Both the position numbers and the translations under genes were made by a program. A DNA stretch of 64,000 bases, from the NCBI GenBank assembly GCA_002897695.1, contig BDTG01000028.1, positions 7,329 to 71,328 of the forward strand, read 5' to 3'. The DNA comes from a bacterium BMS3Abin14 (GTDB lineage: Bacteria > BMS3Abin14). The notes beneath the pieces were generated by a model. The model was not told the origin of the DNA, ran no database searches, and saw only the letters and a program-made list of their open reading frames with translations. This document shows, one piece after another, positions 22,811 through 31,215 of this stretch (position 1 is the stretch's first letter; every line of letters begins with the position of its first letter).

Positions 22811-24172
22811 ATGCCGGTTTTTAACTACCCCGGTAAAGAAGTAAACATAAAGGTCGTCTATTACGGTCCCGGCCTGTCCGGAAAGACCACCAACATCCAG
22901 TTTATCCACGGCAATGTCAGGCCCGATTTCAAAGGGAAGCTCGTATCTCTTGCCACCCAGACAGACAGGACGCTGTTTTTTGACTTCCTTCCCATGGAAC
23001 TGGGAGTGTTGGGTGGGTACAAGATAAGGCTCCACCTGTATACCGTCCCTGGCCAGGTTCATTACAACGCGACAAGAAAACTCGTCCTGAAAGGGGTGGA
23101 TGGGGTTGTCTTTGTGGCTGATTCCCAGCGTGCGATGCAGGAGACGAATCAGGAGAGTCTTTCCAACCTTGAGAAGAACCTGGCATCCTACGGCAAGGGT
23201 CTCGCCGATCTTCCCCATGTCATACAATGCAACAAAAGGGACCTTGATGATCTTTTGGACATGGATGCACTCAGCGCTCAGCTAAACCCCCACAAAGCGC
23301 CGATTGTCGAGGCCGTCGCATCGGATGGAAAGGGTGTGCTGGAATGTCTGAGAGAAGTCCTGCGGCTTGTCATGAAATCACTTCGGGACCAGTTTCCATC
23401 GCGGGAAATGGGGACCAAACAGGCGGAGACCCCCCCTTCTGAGGCCAGGGCCGAGGTTGTCCCGGAACCTGAACCATTGGAGGATTATGAGGCAGCTTCG
23501 CCGCTCCAGGAGCGGGATCTTTCCAATGAGTCGGCGTTATCCCCTGATTCCGACGGTGAGGCCGATGAATCCGAGATAATGCTGGAGGTCCCGGAAAGGG
23601 AGGCCACCCAAATACCTGAACCTGAGGCTACGGTCGCCCTTGATGCGCCGGAAGCGCAGATTTCCACCGATACGAACGATGTGGTCGTTCATCTGCCCAT
23701 CCCCGGCGGTGGGGAGATGGAGGTTTCCGTCCGGATCATCGCCCGTCTTACCAGAGCGCCGGTTTCCGCGGAGGTCATTCCCCCGGAGCCTGTGAGGGAA
23801 CGACGGGAGGAAAATTCCCCCGAAGGGATTTCCGAAGAGATCGAAACCGTCGTCCTCGATCCGGATCTGGAGATAGAGAGCGCAGATATTGAGGAGACGG
23901 CCCTCGATGACGAGTTCGATGTCGAGGAGGTTATCGCCGAGCTGGAGGAGGAGATGGAACTCGATGCCCTTGAAACCGCAACCGGGGACGGTGAAGACAG
24001 CAGGGCTGGAGGTCCGGATGGGGGGTCCGCCCCGGGGACTCCGGATGAACACTATGACCCTTCTTTCCGGGAGTTGCAGTTCACTGATTTTGACGGAAAT
24101 CAGGAGTCCGAGGCTGGAAAGGGGAAGCGGAAAGGCCTTTTCGGGCGGCTCAGGAAGAAAAAGCGGCCCTGA
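22811..24172 (+). CDS. mglA: MglA-like Ras-family small GTPase with about 250-aa acidic C-terminal extension
   Basis: N-terminal 200 aa are near-colinear with M. xanthus MglA (KVVYYGPGLSGKTTN, TDRTLFFDFLP, LYTVPGQV, KGVDGVVFVADSQ, IQCNKRDL). The tail is E/D-rich and ends KGKRKGLFGRLRKKKRP. Confidence 0.85.
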   Translation: MPVFNYPGKEVNIKVVYYGPGLSGKTTNIQFIHGNVRPDFKGKLVSLATQTDRTLFFDFLPMELGVLGGYKIRLHLYTVPGQVHYNATRKLVLKGVDGVVFVADSQRAMQETNQESLSNLEKNLASYGKGLADLPHVIQCNKRDLDDLLDMDALSAQLNPHKAPIVEAVASDGKGVLECLREVLRLVMKSLRDQFPSREMGTKQAETPPSEARAEVVPEPEPLEDYEAASPLQERDLSNESALSPDSDGEADESEIMLEVPEREATQIPEPEATVALDAPEAQISTDTNDVVVHLPIPGGGEMEVSVRIIARLTRAPVSAEVIPPEPVRERREENSPEGISEEIETVVLDPDLEIESADIEETALDDEFDVEEVIAELEEEMELDALETATGDGEDSRAGGPDGGSAPGTPDEHYDPSFRELQFTDFDGNQESEAGKGKRKGLFGRLRKKKRP

Positions 24173-24190
24173 CGGGACAGGTAAGGAAAA

Positions 24191-24228
24191 TAGTCCAGAG
24201 TCCAGAGTCCAGAGTCCAGAGGCTGGAC
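24191..24228. repeat. (GTCCAGA)x4 heptad tandem repeat ending in hairpin GTCCAGaggCTGGAC
   Basis: Seen directly. Related copies at 53735-53760, 41600-41620 and 49275-49315. Confidence 0.85.
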
Positions 24229-24280
24229 TCCCTGCCGCGCCGAAGCCCGGAAGGCGAAGGCGGATGAATCCTGGCCCGTT

Positions 24281-24296
24281 TGGCAGCACTTTTGCT
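24281..24296 (+). promoter_or_regulatory. candidate sigma-54 promoter (TGGCAG-N5-TTGCT; GG-N10-GC spacing) upstream of comEC
   Basis: Matches the -24/-12 consensus TGGCAC-N5-TTGCW with one mismatch. rpoN and a sigma54 activator are encoded in the window. Confidence 0.35.
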
Positions 24297-26644
24297 TGTG
24301 TGTTTCCATGCGGACGGGTTCCACCGGAAATAATCGCGGGATAGTTTCTCTCAGACCCGCCAGTGCCCTTCTTGCCGTGGGATTTTTGTGCGGCTCCCTG
24401 TTGGGAATGGCCATTCCCAACTATCCGGAAGCTGCGATAGGTCCAGTCGCGGCGGTTACGGGACTCTCTGTTGTTGCTTCGACTCCCCTCGCTCTGATGG
24501 CGGCCGGCTTTTCACTGGGCATCCTGACCGCAGTTATTCCAGAAAAATACCGGACCGGAACAAACTCCCCGGATATTACGGGCACCATGGAGGGCAGGGT
24601 CCTGTCTGTCGCTTCCGGAGTGGCCGGGGGCGGGGTTGCCACCGTCTCAGTGGACCGGGTTTTTCTGCCCCGGCCTGTAACCGTTCGTTTTAAGGCCCGT
24701 CTGCGTTTTTCCGGCGGGCCTATGCCTTTCGCCGGAGATCTGATCAGAGCTCCTGTCCATTTGATCCAGTTTGAGTCGGCAAACAGGCCCGGTTTGCGCT
24801 ATCTCGGCAATGTGGACCCTCGAGGATGGGCCCTCATCCGTGAAGGGGGGTACCTTTCGCATCTCAGGAGGAAGATCAGGAATTCACTGCTGAAAGGAGG
24901 TGAGAGGTTTGGCCCTTCAGTCACAGGGATGCTTGCCAGTATAGCTCTTGGGGACAAATCCCTTTTGCCGGCAGAAACATCCAGAGCCATGCGGCATACC
25001 GGCATCTATCATCTTCTGGCCGTATCCGGAGTCCACCTGGCTGCAGCTCTGCTGATGGGAATCCTGTTGGCCCGCCCTCTGGGTGCGGCAATAGCGGGCG
25101 CCGGGCGCCCGGGCCTGTCCCTCGAAATTCGAGTGGTTGCAGGTGGCCTGTTCTGCATCCTTTACCTGTGCATAACCGGAATATCCCCTTCCGCTGCCAG
25201 GGCCGGAGTTTTTGCGGCTCTGACGGCTTTGGCATTGATGACAAAGAGGGAAATCCACCCGATTAATGTCCTTGCATTATGCTACCTGGCTATCGGCTCA
25301 TTTTCCACCGTTCCTCAGCCCGGGGTCTCACTGGCCCTTTCAATGCTCGCGTGTCTGGGTATCTTTGCATCCGTCGGGAGGGGTCCAAGGGATCTGACGT
25401 CTGCGATGAGGGTGTCGGTAGGTGCATTTATCTTTACCCTTCCACTGGTTGTAACGGTTTTCAGGGGAATCCCGTTCTTGGCTCCGGCGATCAACCTGAT
25501 CGTCGGAGTTCCCTTTGCCGCCATGCTGATTCCAGGGGTGGTACTCGGCGATGTCCTTTCAGTTGTGTTGCCCCAAGGGGCGAATATCGTTTTTGCCGTT
25601 TGTGCCGGTCTCGGTAAGATATTCTCGGTTTTTATCGCTGCCCTCGGGAGCGTGAGATGGATCTATCTCCCCCTGAACGAATACGGATGTGCTGTAGCTG
25701 CAGCCGCAGGCGTCCTGTGTGCATTTCTGTGGATTAGATGGTGTGGAAACCTTGGTCGCGGAGTGGTGTTAATAATCCTCATTTCCAGCGCTGCGCTTGC
25801 AGGAAACTTTCTCGGGGACATGTTTGTTTACAACAGGCTTGTAATGCAATTTCCCGGCCTGGGCCAGGCCGACGCAGCTGTCCTCAGAGCCAGCGGCAAG
25901 ACGGTTATGGTTGATACAGGGCCACCCGGAGTTGGATTGCGCAGCCCTCCCATTGCCCGGATGATGGAGAGAGAGGGGATAAGGAGGATTGATGTCATCA
26001 TTCTTACCCACCCACATCCTGATCACGTGGGCGGGGTTGCGTTTCTGATGAAAAACTGGGACGTTGGCGAGGTCGTCCTGCCCCAGACCATGCAGGCGTT
26101 TGACCTCTGGCGGAAGGTCCTGACGACCGTCCCTCCGGGTACCGTTGTGCGTTTTCTGGCCAGGGGGGATTCCATAAGGGTGGGAGAGATGGAATTCGAG
26201 GCCATGGCCCCGTTTTCCGAACTGTATCGGGATGGAGACGATCTGAACGGGCTTTCGCTGGTCATGCTGCTGCATTGGCGAAAATTTACTGCGCTGTTCA
26301 CCGGTGATGCCCCCTGGGGGTCGGTGGAAAAAATAATCGGCCGGTTAGACAGCCTCTATCTTCTCAAAGTCCCCCATCACGGGAGCGCCAGAGGTTTCGA
26401 CCCGGTCGCCATGAAAAGGATCGGTATGATCAAAGGGGTGTTCCGAAAACTGCTGGCCGTGTTCACTTCCGATCCGCTTGGGGAGAGGGCGCTCCCCTCC
26501 CTGAAAGTGGTCCGATGGTTTGAAAGGGCAGGGGCACGGTTTTTACTGACAGGACGTGGAGAGGGTGTTAACATTATTTGCCGTTTTCCGCGAAAGTGGA
26601 GAAAGGGCGAGATTGGGAAAGTTGACATCCATTATGGCTTCTGA
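24296..26644 (+). CDS. comEC: DNA internalisation competence protein ComEC/Rec2 (with C-terminal metallo-beta-lactamase domain)
   Basis: Competence TM domain plus HxHxDH motif (ILTHPHPDHVGG). Start uncertain (TTG 24296 or ATG 24308). Confidence 0.85.
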   Translation: MCVSMRTGSTGNNRGIVSLRPASALLAVGFLCGSLLGMAIPNYPEAAIGPVAAVTGLSVVASTPLALMAAGFSLGILTAVIPEKYRTGTNSPDITGTMEGRVLSVASGVAGGGVATVSVDRVFLPRPVTVRFKARLRFSGGPMPFAGDLIRAPVHLIQFESANRPGLRYLGNVDPRGWALIREGGYLSHLRRKIRNSLLKGGERFGPSVTGMLASIALGDKSLLPAETSRAMRHTGIYHLLAVSGVHLAAALLMGILLARPLGAAIAGAGRPGLSLEIRVVAGGLFCILYLCITGISPSAARAGVFAALTALALMTKREIHPINVLALCYLAIGSFSTVPQPGVSLALSMLACLGIFASVGRGPRDLTSAMRVSVGAFIFTLPLVVTVFRGIPFLAPAINLIVGVPFAAMLIPGVVLGDVLSVVLPQGANIVFAVCAGLGKIFSVFIAALGSVRWIYLPLNEYGCAVAAAAGVLCAFLWIRWCGNLGRGVVLIILISSAALAGNFLGDMFVYNRLVMQFPGLGQADAAVLRASGKTVMVDTGPPGVGLRSPPIARMMEREGIRRIDVIILTHPHPDHVGGVAFLMKNWDVGEVVLPQTMQAFDLWRKVLTTVPPGTVVRFLARGDSIRVGEMEFEAMAPFSELYRDGDDLNGLSLVMLLHWRKFTALFTGDAPWGSVEKIIGRLDSLYLLKVPHHGSARGFDPVAMKRIGMIKGVFRKLLAVFTSDPLGERALPSLKVVRWFERAGARFLLTGRGEGVNIICRFPRKWRKGEIGKVDIHYGF

Positions 26645-26697
26645 TAAAAAAACGCATATATTCTATATTGTTAGATGAGTTTCAGCCGGGGAAGGCG

Positions 26698-28125
26698 ATG
26701 AAAAAATTCACGGTCCTTGTTGTTGATGATGACAAATTTTCCAGAACTTTCTGCCGCCAGATCCTGGAGGAAGAGGGAAATGTGGTGGTTGAAGAGTCCG
26801 CAGGGGTGGATGAGGCCCTGGGCAGGGTAAAAGATGGTGGAATCGATCTTGTTGTTTCCGACATGGTCATGCCGGACAAGTCAGGCCTTGACCTTGTACA
26901 AAGTTTAAGCGTTGAGTCACCTGACCTCAAGGTCATCGTTATTACCGGCCACGCCTCAATTGAGAACGCGGTTGAGGCCATGAAACTCGGTGCGCTGGAC
27001 TACATACGAAAACCTCTGAACCCCGGTGAGTTCAAGGTGGTCGTTCAGCACGCTCTCGATCGAATGACCCTCACCAGGGAAAACAGGGAGCTCAAGAGCA
27101 GCCTAAACCTCTACAATGTGAGCAGTCGGATCATGCGAACCATTGAGATTGAGGAACTGTATGAGGTCGTCTTCGAAAAGATGCTACAGGAGGTTGGGGC
27201 CACAAGCGGGTTTCTTTATCTCATCGACCAGGAACAAGGTGAATCGAACATCGTTATCTCCGAGGGTTTCGATGTGGATCGTAATCCTGATCTTGACCGG
27301 AAGGTCTTTGAACTATACGGGGTCGCACTGTCCGAGACAACGCTCCCGTACTGTCCCGAGGTTGTTCTCCCCCTGAAGATCAACTACAGGAGCAGGTCCG
27401 ATTCCATTCTTTCCATTATCTTTATCCCTCTCAGAAGCAAGAGTGACCTGGTCGGAATGGTGGTATTTTTTGACACCGAACAGGAGAGCGCCTTCGATGA
27501 CGAGGACCTGAAAGCGGCCCAGTTCCTCTGTGATCATGCCGGTTCTGCTTTTGAAAACGCACTTTTATACTCCAAGGCAAAAATCCTCACTATTACCGAT
27601 GATCTGACCAGCGTGTTTAACTACCGGTATCTGAATAATATTCTTGACCGTGAAATGCTCAGGGCTGAAAGGCTGGAGTCGTCCATGTCCGTTCTCTTCC
27701 TGGATCTGGATTCGTTCAAGAAGGTCAATGACCGGTTCGGGCATCTGGTGGGGAGTAAAATTCTGGTTGAACTGGCCGGCCTGCTCAAGGAAGCTGTGCG
27801 AAAGGTCGATGCCGTTGCGCGATACGGTGGCGATGAGTACATCATCGTTTTGACGGATACATTTGCCGAAGGGGCTGTGATCGTTGCAGAACGAATCCGG
27901 CAGATGATTGAAGAGTTTGTCTTCCTCGAAGAGGAGGGATATTCTATTCGCCTGACGATCTCCATAGGGGTCGCCTCCTATCCGGAGCATGCCCAGAGCA
28001 AGGCGGAACTGCTGCATCTCGCCGATGAGGCAATGTACAGGGGCAAGTTCGGCAAGAAAAACGTTGTCTATCTTGCCGTTCCCGGCCAGGGAAGTTCGGG
28101 CTCCAGTATTCTATCAGCCCCCTGA
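26698..28125 (+). CDS. response regulator receiver-GAF-GGDEF (diguanylate cyclase-type; GGDEY variant)
   Basis: Receiver (VLVVDDD...SDMVMP), middle GAF-like region, and YGGDEYIIV with an RYGGDE I-site-like context. Confidence 0.8.
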   Translation: MKKFTVLVVDDDKFSRTFCRQILEEEGNVVVEESAGVDEALGRVKDGGIDLVVSDMVMPDKSGLDLVQSLSVESPDLKVIVITGHASIENAVEAMKLGALDYIRKPLNPGEFKVVVQHALDRMTLTRENRELKSSLNLYNVSSRIMRTIEIEELYEVVFEKMLQEVGATSGFLYLIDQEQGESNIVISEGFDVDRNPDLDRKVFELYGVALSETTLPYCPEVVLPLKINYRSRSDSILSIIFIPLRSKSDLVGMVVFFDTEQESAFDDEDLKAAQFLCDHAGSAFENALLYSKAKILTITDDLTSVFNYRYLNNILDREMLRAERLESSMSVLFLDLDSFKKVNDRFGHLVGSKILVELAGLLKEAVRKVDAVARYGGDEYIIVLTDTFAEGAVIVAERIRQMIEEFVFLEEEGYSIRLTISIGVASYPEHAQSKAELLHLADEAMYRGKFGKKNVVYLAVPGQGSSGSSILSAP

Positions 28126-28150
28126 GAAAAAGGGTAAAGGTCAAACTTCA

Positions 28151-29425
28151 ATGCACAAAGCGATCAAGGCGATACGCGGCTTCAGCGATGTTCCGACCGA
28201 GGATGCCTGGAAATACACCTATATTGAAAATTGCGCCCGGCGGCATTTTCAGCTGTATGGCTACAGGGAGATACGGCTTCCGGTGCTTGAGTACACCGAA
28301 CTGTTTTCAAGAGGGATCGGCGAGGCCACGGATATTGTTGAAAAGGAAATGTATACTTTCCCCGACCGTAAAGGGAGAAGCCTGACCCTCCGTCCCGAGG
28401 GAACCGCATCCGCGATGCGCGCATACCTGGAAAGGGGATGGCACTCTAACGGGGCTCTCAGTAAACTCTTCTATTCCGGCCCCATGTTCCGGCATGAGAG
28501 GCCGCAGAAGGGCCGGTATCGCCAGTTCTATCAGCTTGGGTTGGAGGCCATCGGCCATGGCGGGCCTTTGGTGGATGCCGAGGTAGTCGACCTTCTGTAC
28601 CGGTTTTTCCTCCGAATGGATGTCCAGGACGTCAGGATCCTCCTTAACAGCCTGGGGTGCGAGGATTGCCGACCCGGGTTCCGTGATAAATTGCTGGTTT
28701 TTCTCGGGTCCGTCTCCGACAGGCTATGCTCAAATTGCAGAAGAAGGACACAGACAAACCCTCTCAGGGTCCTGGATTGCAAGGTGCCGACCTGTCAGGA
28801 GGCTCTAACAGGCGTCCCGGTAATGGTGGATTCTCTTTGCGATGAATGCCGGGACCATTTTTCCGGCGTGTGCCGTACCCTGGACGGTCTTGAAGTGCCT
28901 TACACCGTAGACCCCAGGATCGTTCGCGGCCTGGACTACTACAGCAGGACCGCAATTGAGGCCGTCTGTGACCGTCTGGGTTCCCAGAACGCTGTGGCGG
29001 CCGGCGGGCGATACGATGGCCTGGCTCGGCAGATCGGAGGGGATGTGCCGGGAATCGGGTTTGCCCTGGGTGTTGAACGTCTGAAGCTGATTATGAAATG
29101 GGATTCTCCTGCTCCTCCGGTTCCCGACTATTATCTTGCGGGCGCCACACCCGATGCAAGGATCCCCGTTATGAAATTGGCGGATCAAATCAGGGGATTC
29201 GGGATTCGGGCCGAGGTTGATCTGGAGGAAAGGAGCCTTAAGGCACAGATGAGGCGTGCAAATAGAATGTCGGTACACAAGGTGGTTATCATCGGGGATG
29301 ACGAGCTGTCGAGAGGAACCGTGACGCTGAAAGATTTTTCCAGTAATAAACAGGAGGAGATCTCTCGAGATAATTTTCTCGCTGGACTGATCAGAACCGG
29401 AGAAAACCTGAAAGGAGCGGAGTGA
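28151..29425 (+). CDS. hisS: histidyl-tRNA synthetase
   Basis: Class II motifs (FRHERPQKGRYRQF, GGRYDGL). Internal ATG of ORF 27989. Confidence 0.9.
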   Translation: MHKAIKAIRGFSDVPTEDAWKYTYIENCARRHFQLYGYREIRLPVLEYTELFSRGIGEATDIVEKEMYTFPDRKGRSLTLRPEGTASAMRAYLERGWHSNGALSKLFYSGPMFRHERPQKGRYRQFYQLGLEAIGHGGPLVDAEVVDLLYRFFLRMDVQDVRILLNSLGCEDCRPGFRDKLLVFLGSVSDRLCSNCRRRTQTNPLRVLDCKVPTCQEALTGVPVMVDSLCDECRDHFSGVCRTLDGLEVPYTVDPRIVRGLDYYSRTAIEAVCDRLGSQNAVAAGGRYDGLARQIGGDVPGIGFALGVERLKLIMKWDSPAPPVPDYYLAGATPDARIPVMKLADQIRGFGIRAEVDLEERSLKAQMRRANRMSVHKVVIIGDDELSRGTVTLKDFSSNKQEEISRDNFLAGLIRTGENLKGAE

Positions 29426-31092
29426 TGGTTACGTCGGGAAGCCTGAAGGCGATAGGTCTTGCAAAATTGCTCGCCGATGCCGAGAGCCGGGGGTTCACAG
29501 GGTCATTGACCCTTAAGGGCAAGACAGGCCTTGCCGGTATTACCCTTAAGGATGGCCATGTCGTTGATGTTCAGGAACCACGGATCAGGAGCCGCCTCGG
29601 CCGTTACCTGGTGACGAAGAACCTCATTACCGAGAAGGAACTCCAGGCGGCTTTGAATACGCAGAAACAGTCGGGTAAAGGAAAATTTCTTGGTGAGATC
29701 CTTGTTGACCAGGCGGTTCTGGACAGGAAAACCCTCGACAGTTCCATGAGGAATGTCGTTGAGGACTCCCTTGTCCATCTCCTCGGGTGGGAAGAAGGGC
29801 TGTACAGGGTTGAGCCCCTGGACGTTGTGGTGGGTGATCCCGTGGAAATAGCCCCCATCCCGGAGCTCCTCTCAAGGACGGCTCAACTTGCCTCGGCTGT
29901 GGAGGAGGAATGGATTATCAGCGAAATTCTTCCTGACGGTGGGGAGCTTGAAAATGGTGTAAGGGGTGAGATCCTCGCGGCGGTTCGCAGGGTCAGCCAG
30001 AAGTTGAGGGAGCTCAAGCCACAGGAGATCGTTCTCATGGTTGAGGATGAGGCCCTTATGCGTAAGATGTTCAAGGACAAACTGGAGAGTTTTGGTTTTG
30101 ATGTGGACGCTGTGGAGTCGCCGCAAAAGGCCATCGAAAAGCTTTCCGACTACGACCTGGAGGGAAAGCTGCCCATCGTTCTGGCGGATCTTATCATGCC
30201 CACCATCAGCGGCAAGGGTATATTCGGCGGGCTGGAACTGCTTGAGGAGATACAGAAGACCCACAGCCATGTTCCCGTAATAGTCAACACGGCCTACCCG
30301 GATCCGACCATAAGGAGAAGGGCCCTTTTCCTGGGCGCGACCTATTATATAAACAAACCTGAAAGAAAGGACATCACCCCCGACAAGCTTGAAAATCAGT
30401 TGAACCTCTTTATTGAGGAGGTCGCCCTCTGCATACAGAATGTTATCCAGAGGCATGAGATTTATTTCGAGAGGGAGCAGCAGAACATTCTGCGGGAGGA
30501 ACTTCTTTCCCAGCTCATTCAATCCCGCGAGGAATTGCAGAAAGTGGGGGAACTTGTTCAAAGGGACACGGGGGATATTCGTTTCCTTCGTGAGACCAGC
30601 GACAAGATGGTGCATAACAAGAGTCTGGCGAAGATGGCAGAGACCATCGTCCAGTTCGCAGGTGATGAGATGGACCGGAGCGCCATCTTCCTGATCAGGC
30701 GGGAAAAGGTGGCGGGTTTTTTCGGCCACGACAGAAGGTCTGATCAGGATGATTTTGGAGATCGTATAAGAGGCCTGAACTTTACCCTGGAAGATTCTCC
30801 AGCTATCCAGGAAGCGGTAATCTCCAGGGACGGGGTCGTCAAACGGAACCCGGGAGATGCTCTGGGATCCGCGCTGTTGGAAGTATTCGGGGATTCTCCT
30901 CCCGAACATTCGGTAATACTCCCCCTGCTGGTGCAGAATATGGTCGTTGCGGTTTTATACTGCGATGTCGTAGCCGGAGGGACCCCGCCGCGGGAGCTGG
31001 ATTCACTGGAAATCCTGCTGAACCTGGCTTCCATGTCCCTGGAGATCCAGCAGCAGCATGCGATTATCCAGAGGCTCAGACAGAGCAGTTAG
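29425..31092 (+). CDS. signal-transduction protein with N-terminal unknown (DUF4388-like) domain, receiver domain and C-terminal GAF-like domain
   Basis: Receiver region VLMVEDEALMRKMF...LADLIMP...NKP. The N-terminal and C-terminal regions have no strong motif. Start shares TGATG with the hisS stop. Confidence 0.6.
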   Translation: MVTSGSLKAIGLAKLLADAESRGFTGSLTLKGKTGLAGITLKDGHVVDVQEPRIRSRLGRYLVTKNLITEKELQAALNTQKQSGKGKFLGEILVDQAVLDRKTLDSSMRNVVEDSLVHLLGWEEGLYRVEPLDVVVGDPVEIAPIPELLSRTAQLASAVEEEWIISEILPDGGELENGVRGEILAAVRRVSQKLRELKPQEIVLMVEDEALMRKMFKDKLESFGFDVDAVESPQKAIEKLSDYDLEGKLPIVLADLIMPTISGKGIFGGLELLEEIQKTHSHVPVIVNTAYPDPTIRRRALFLGATYYINKPERKDITPDKLENQLNLFIEEVALCIQNVIQRHEIYFEREQQNILREELLSQLIQSREELQKVGELVQRDTGDIRFLRETSDKMVHNKSLAKMAETIVQFAGDEMDRSAIFLIRREKVAGFFGHDRRSDQDDFGDRIRGLNFTLEDSPAIQEAVISRDGVVKRNPGDALGSALLEVFGDSPPEHSVILPLLVQNMVVAVLYCDVVAGGTPPRELDSLEILLNLASMSLEIQQQHAIIQRLRQSS

Positions 31093-31215
31093 ACTCACAG
31101 GCAGGGGACTTCGAGTCACGTTTACCTGTCACGTCGCAGCTCAAGTGAAGACCGGCAGCGTGACGAGCGGGCGAGAGAAAAAGGTTTTTATCCGGACTGA
31201 TATTGGGAGGATAAG

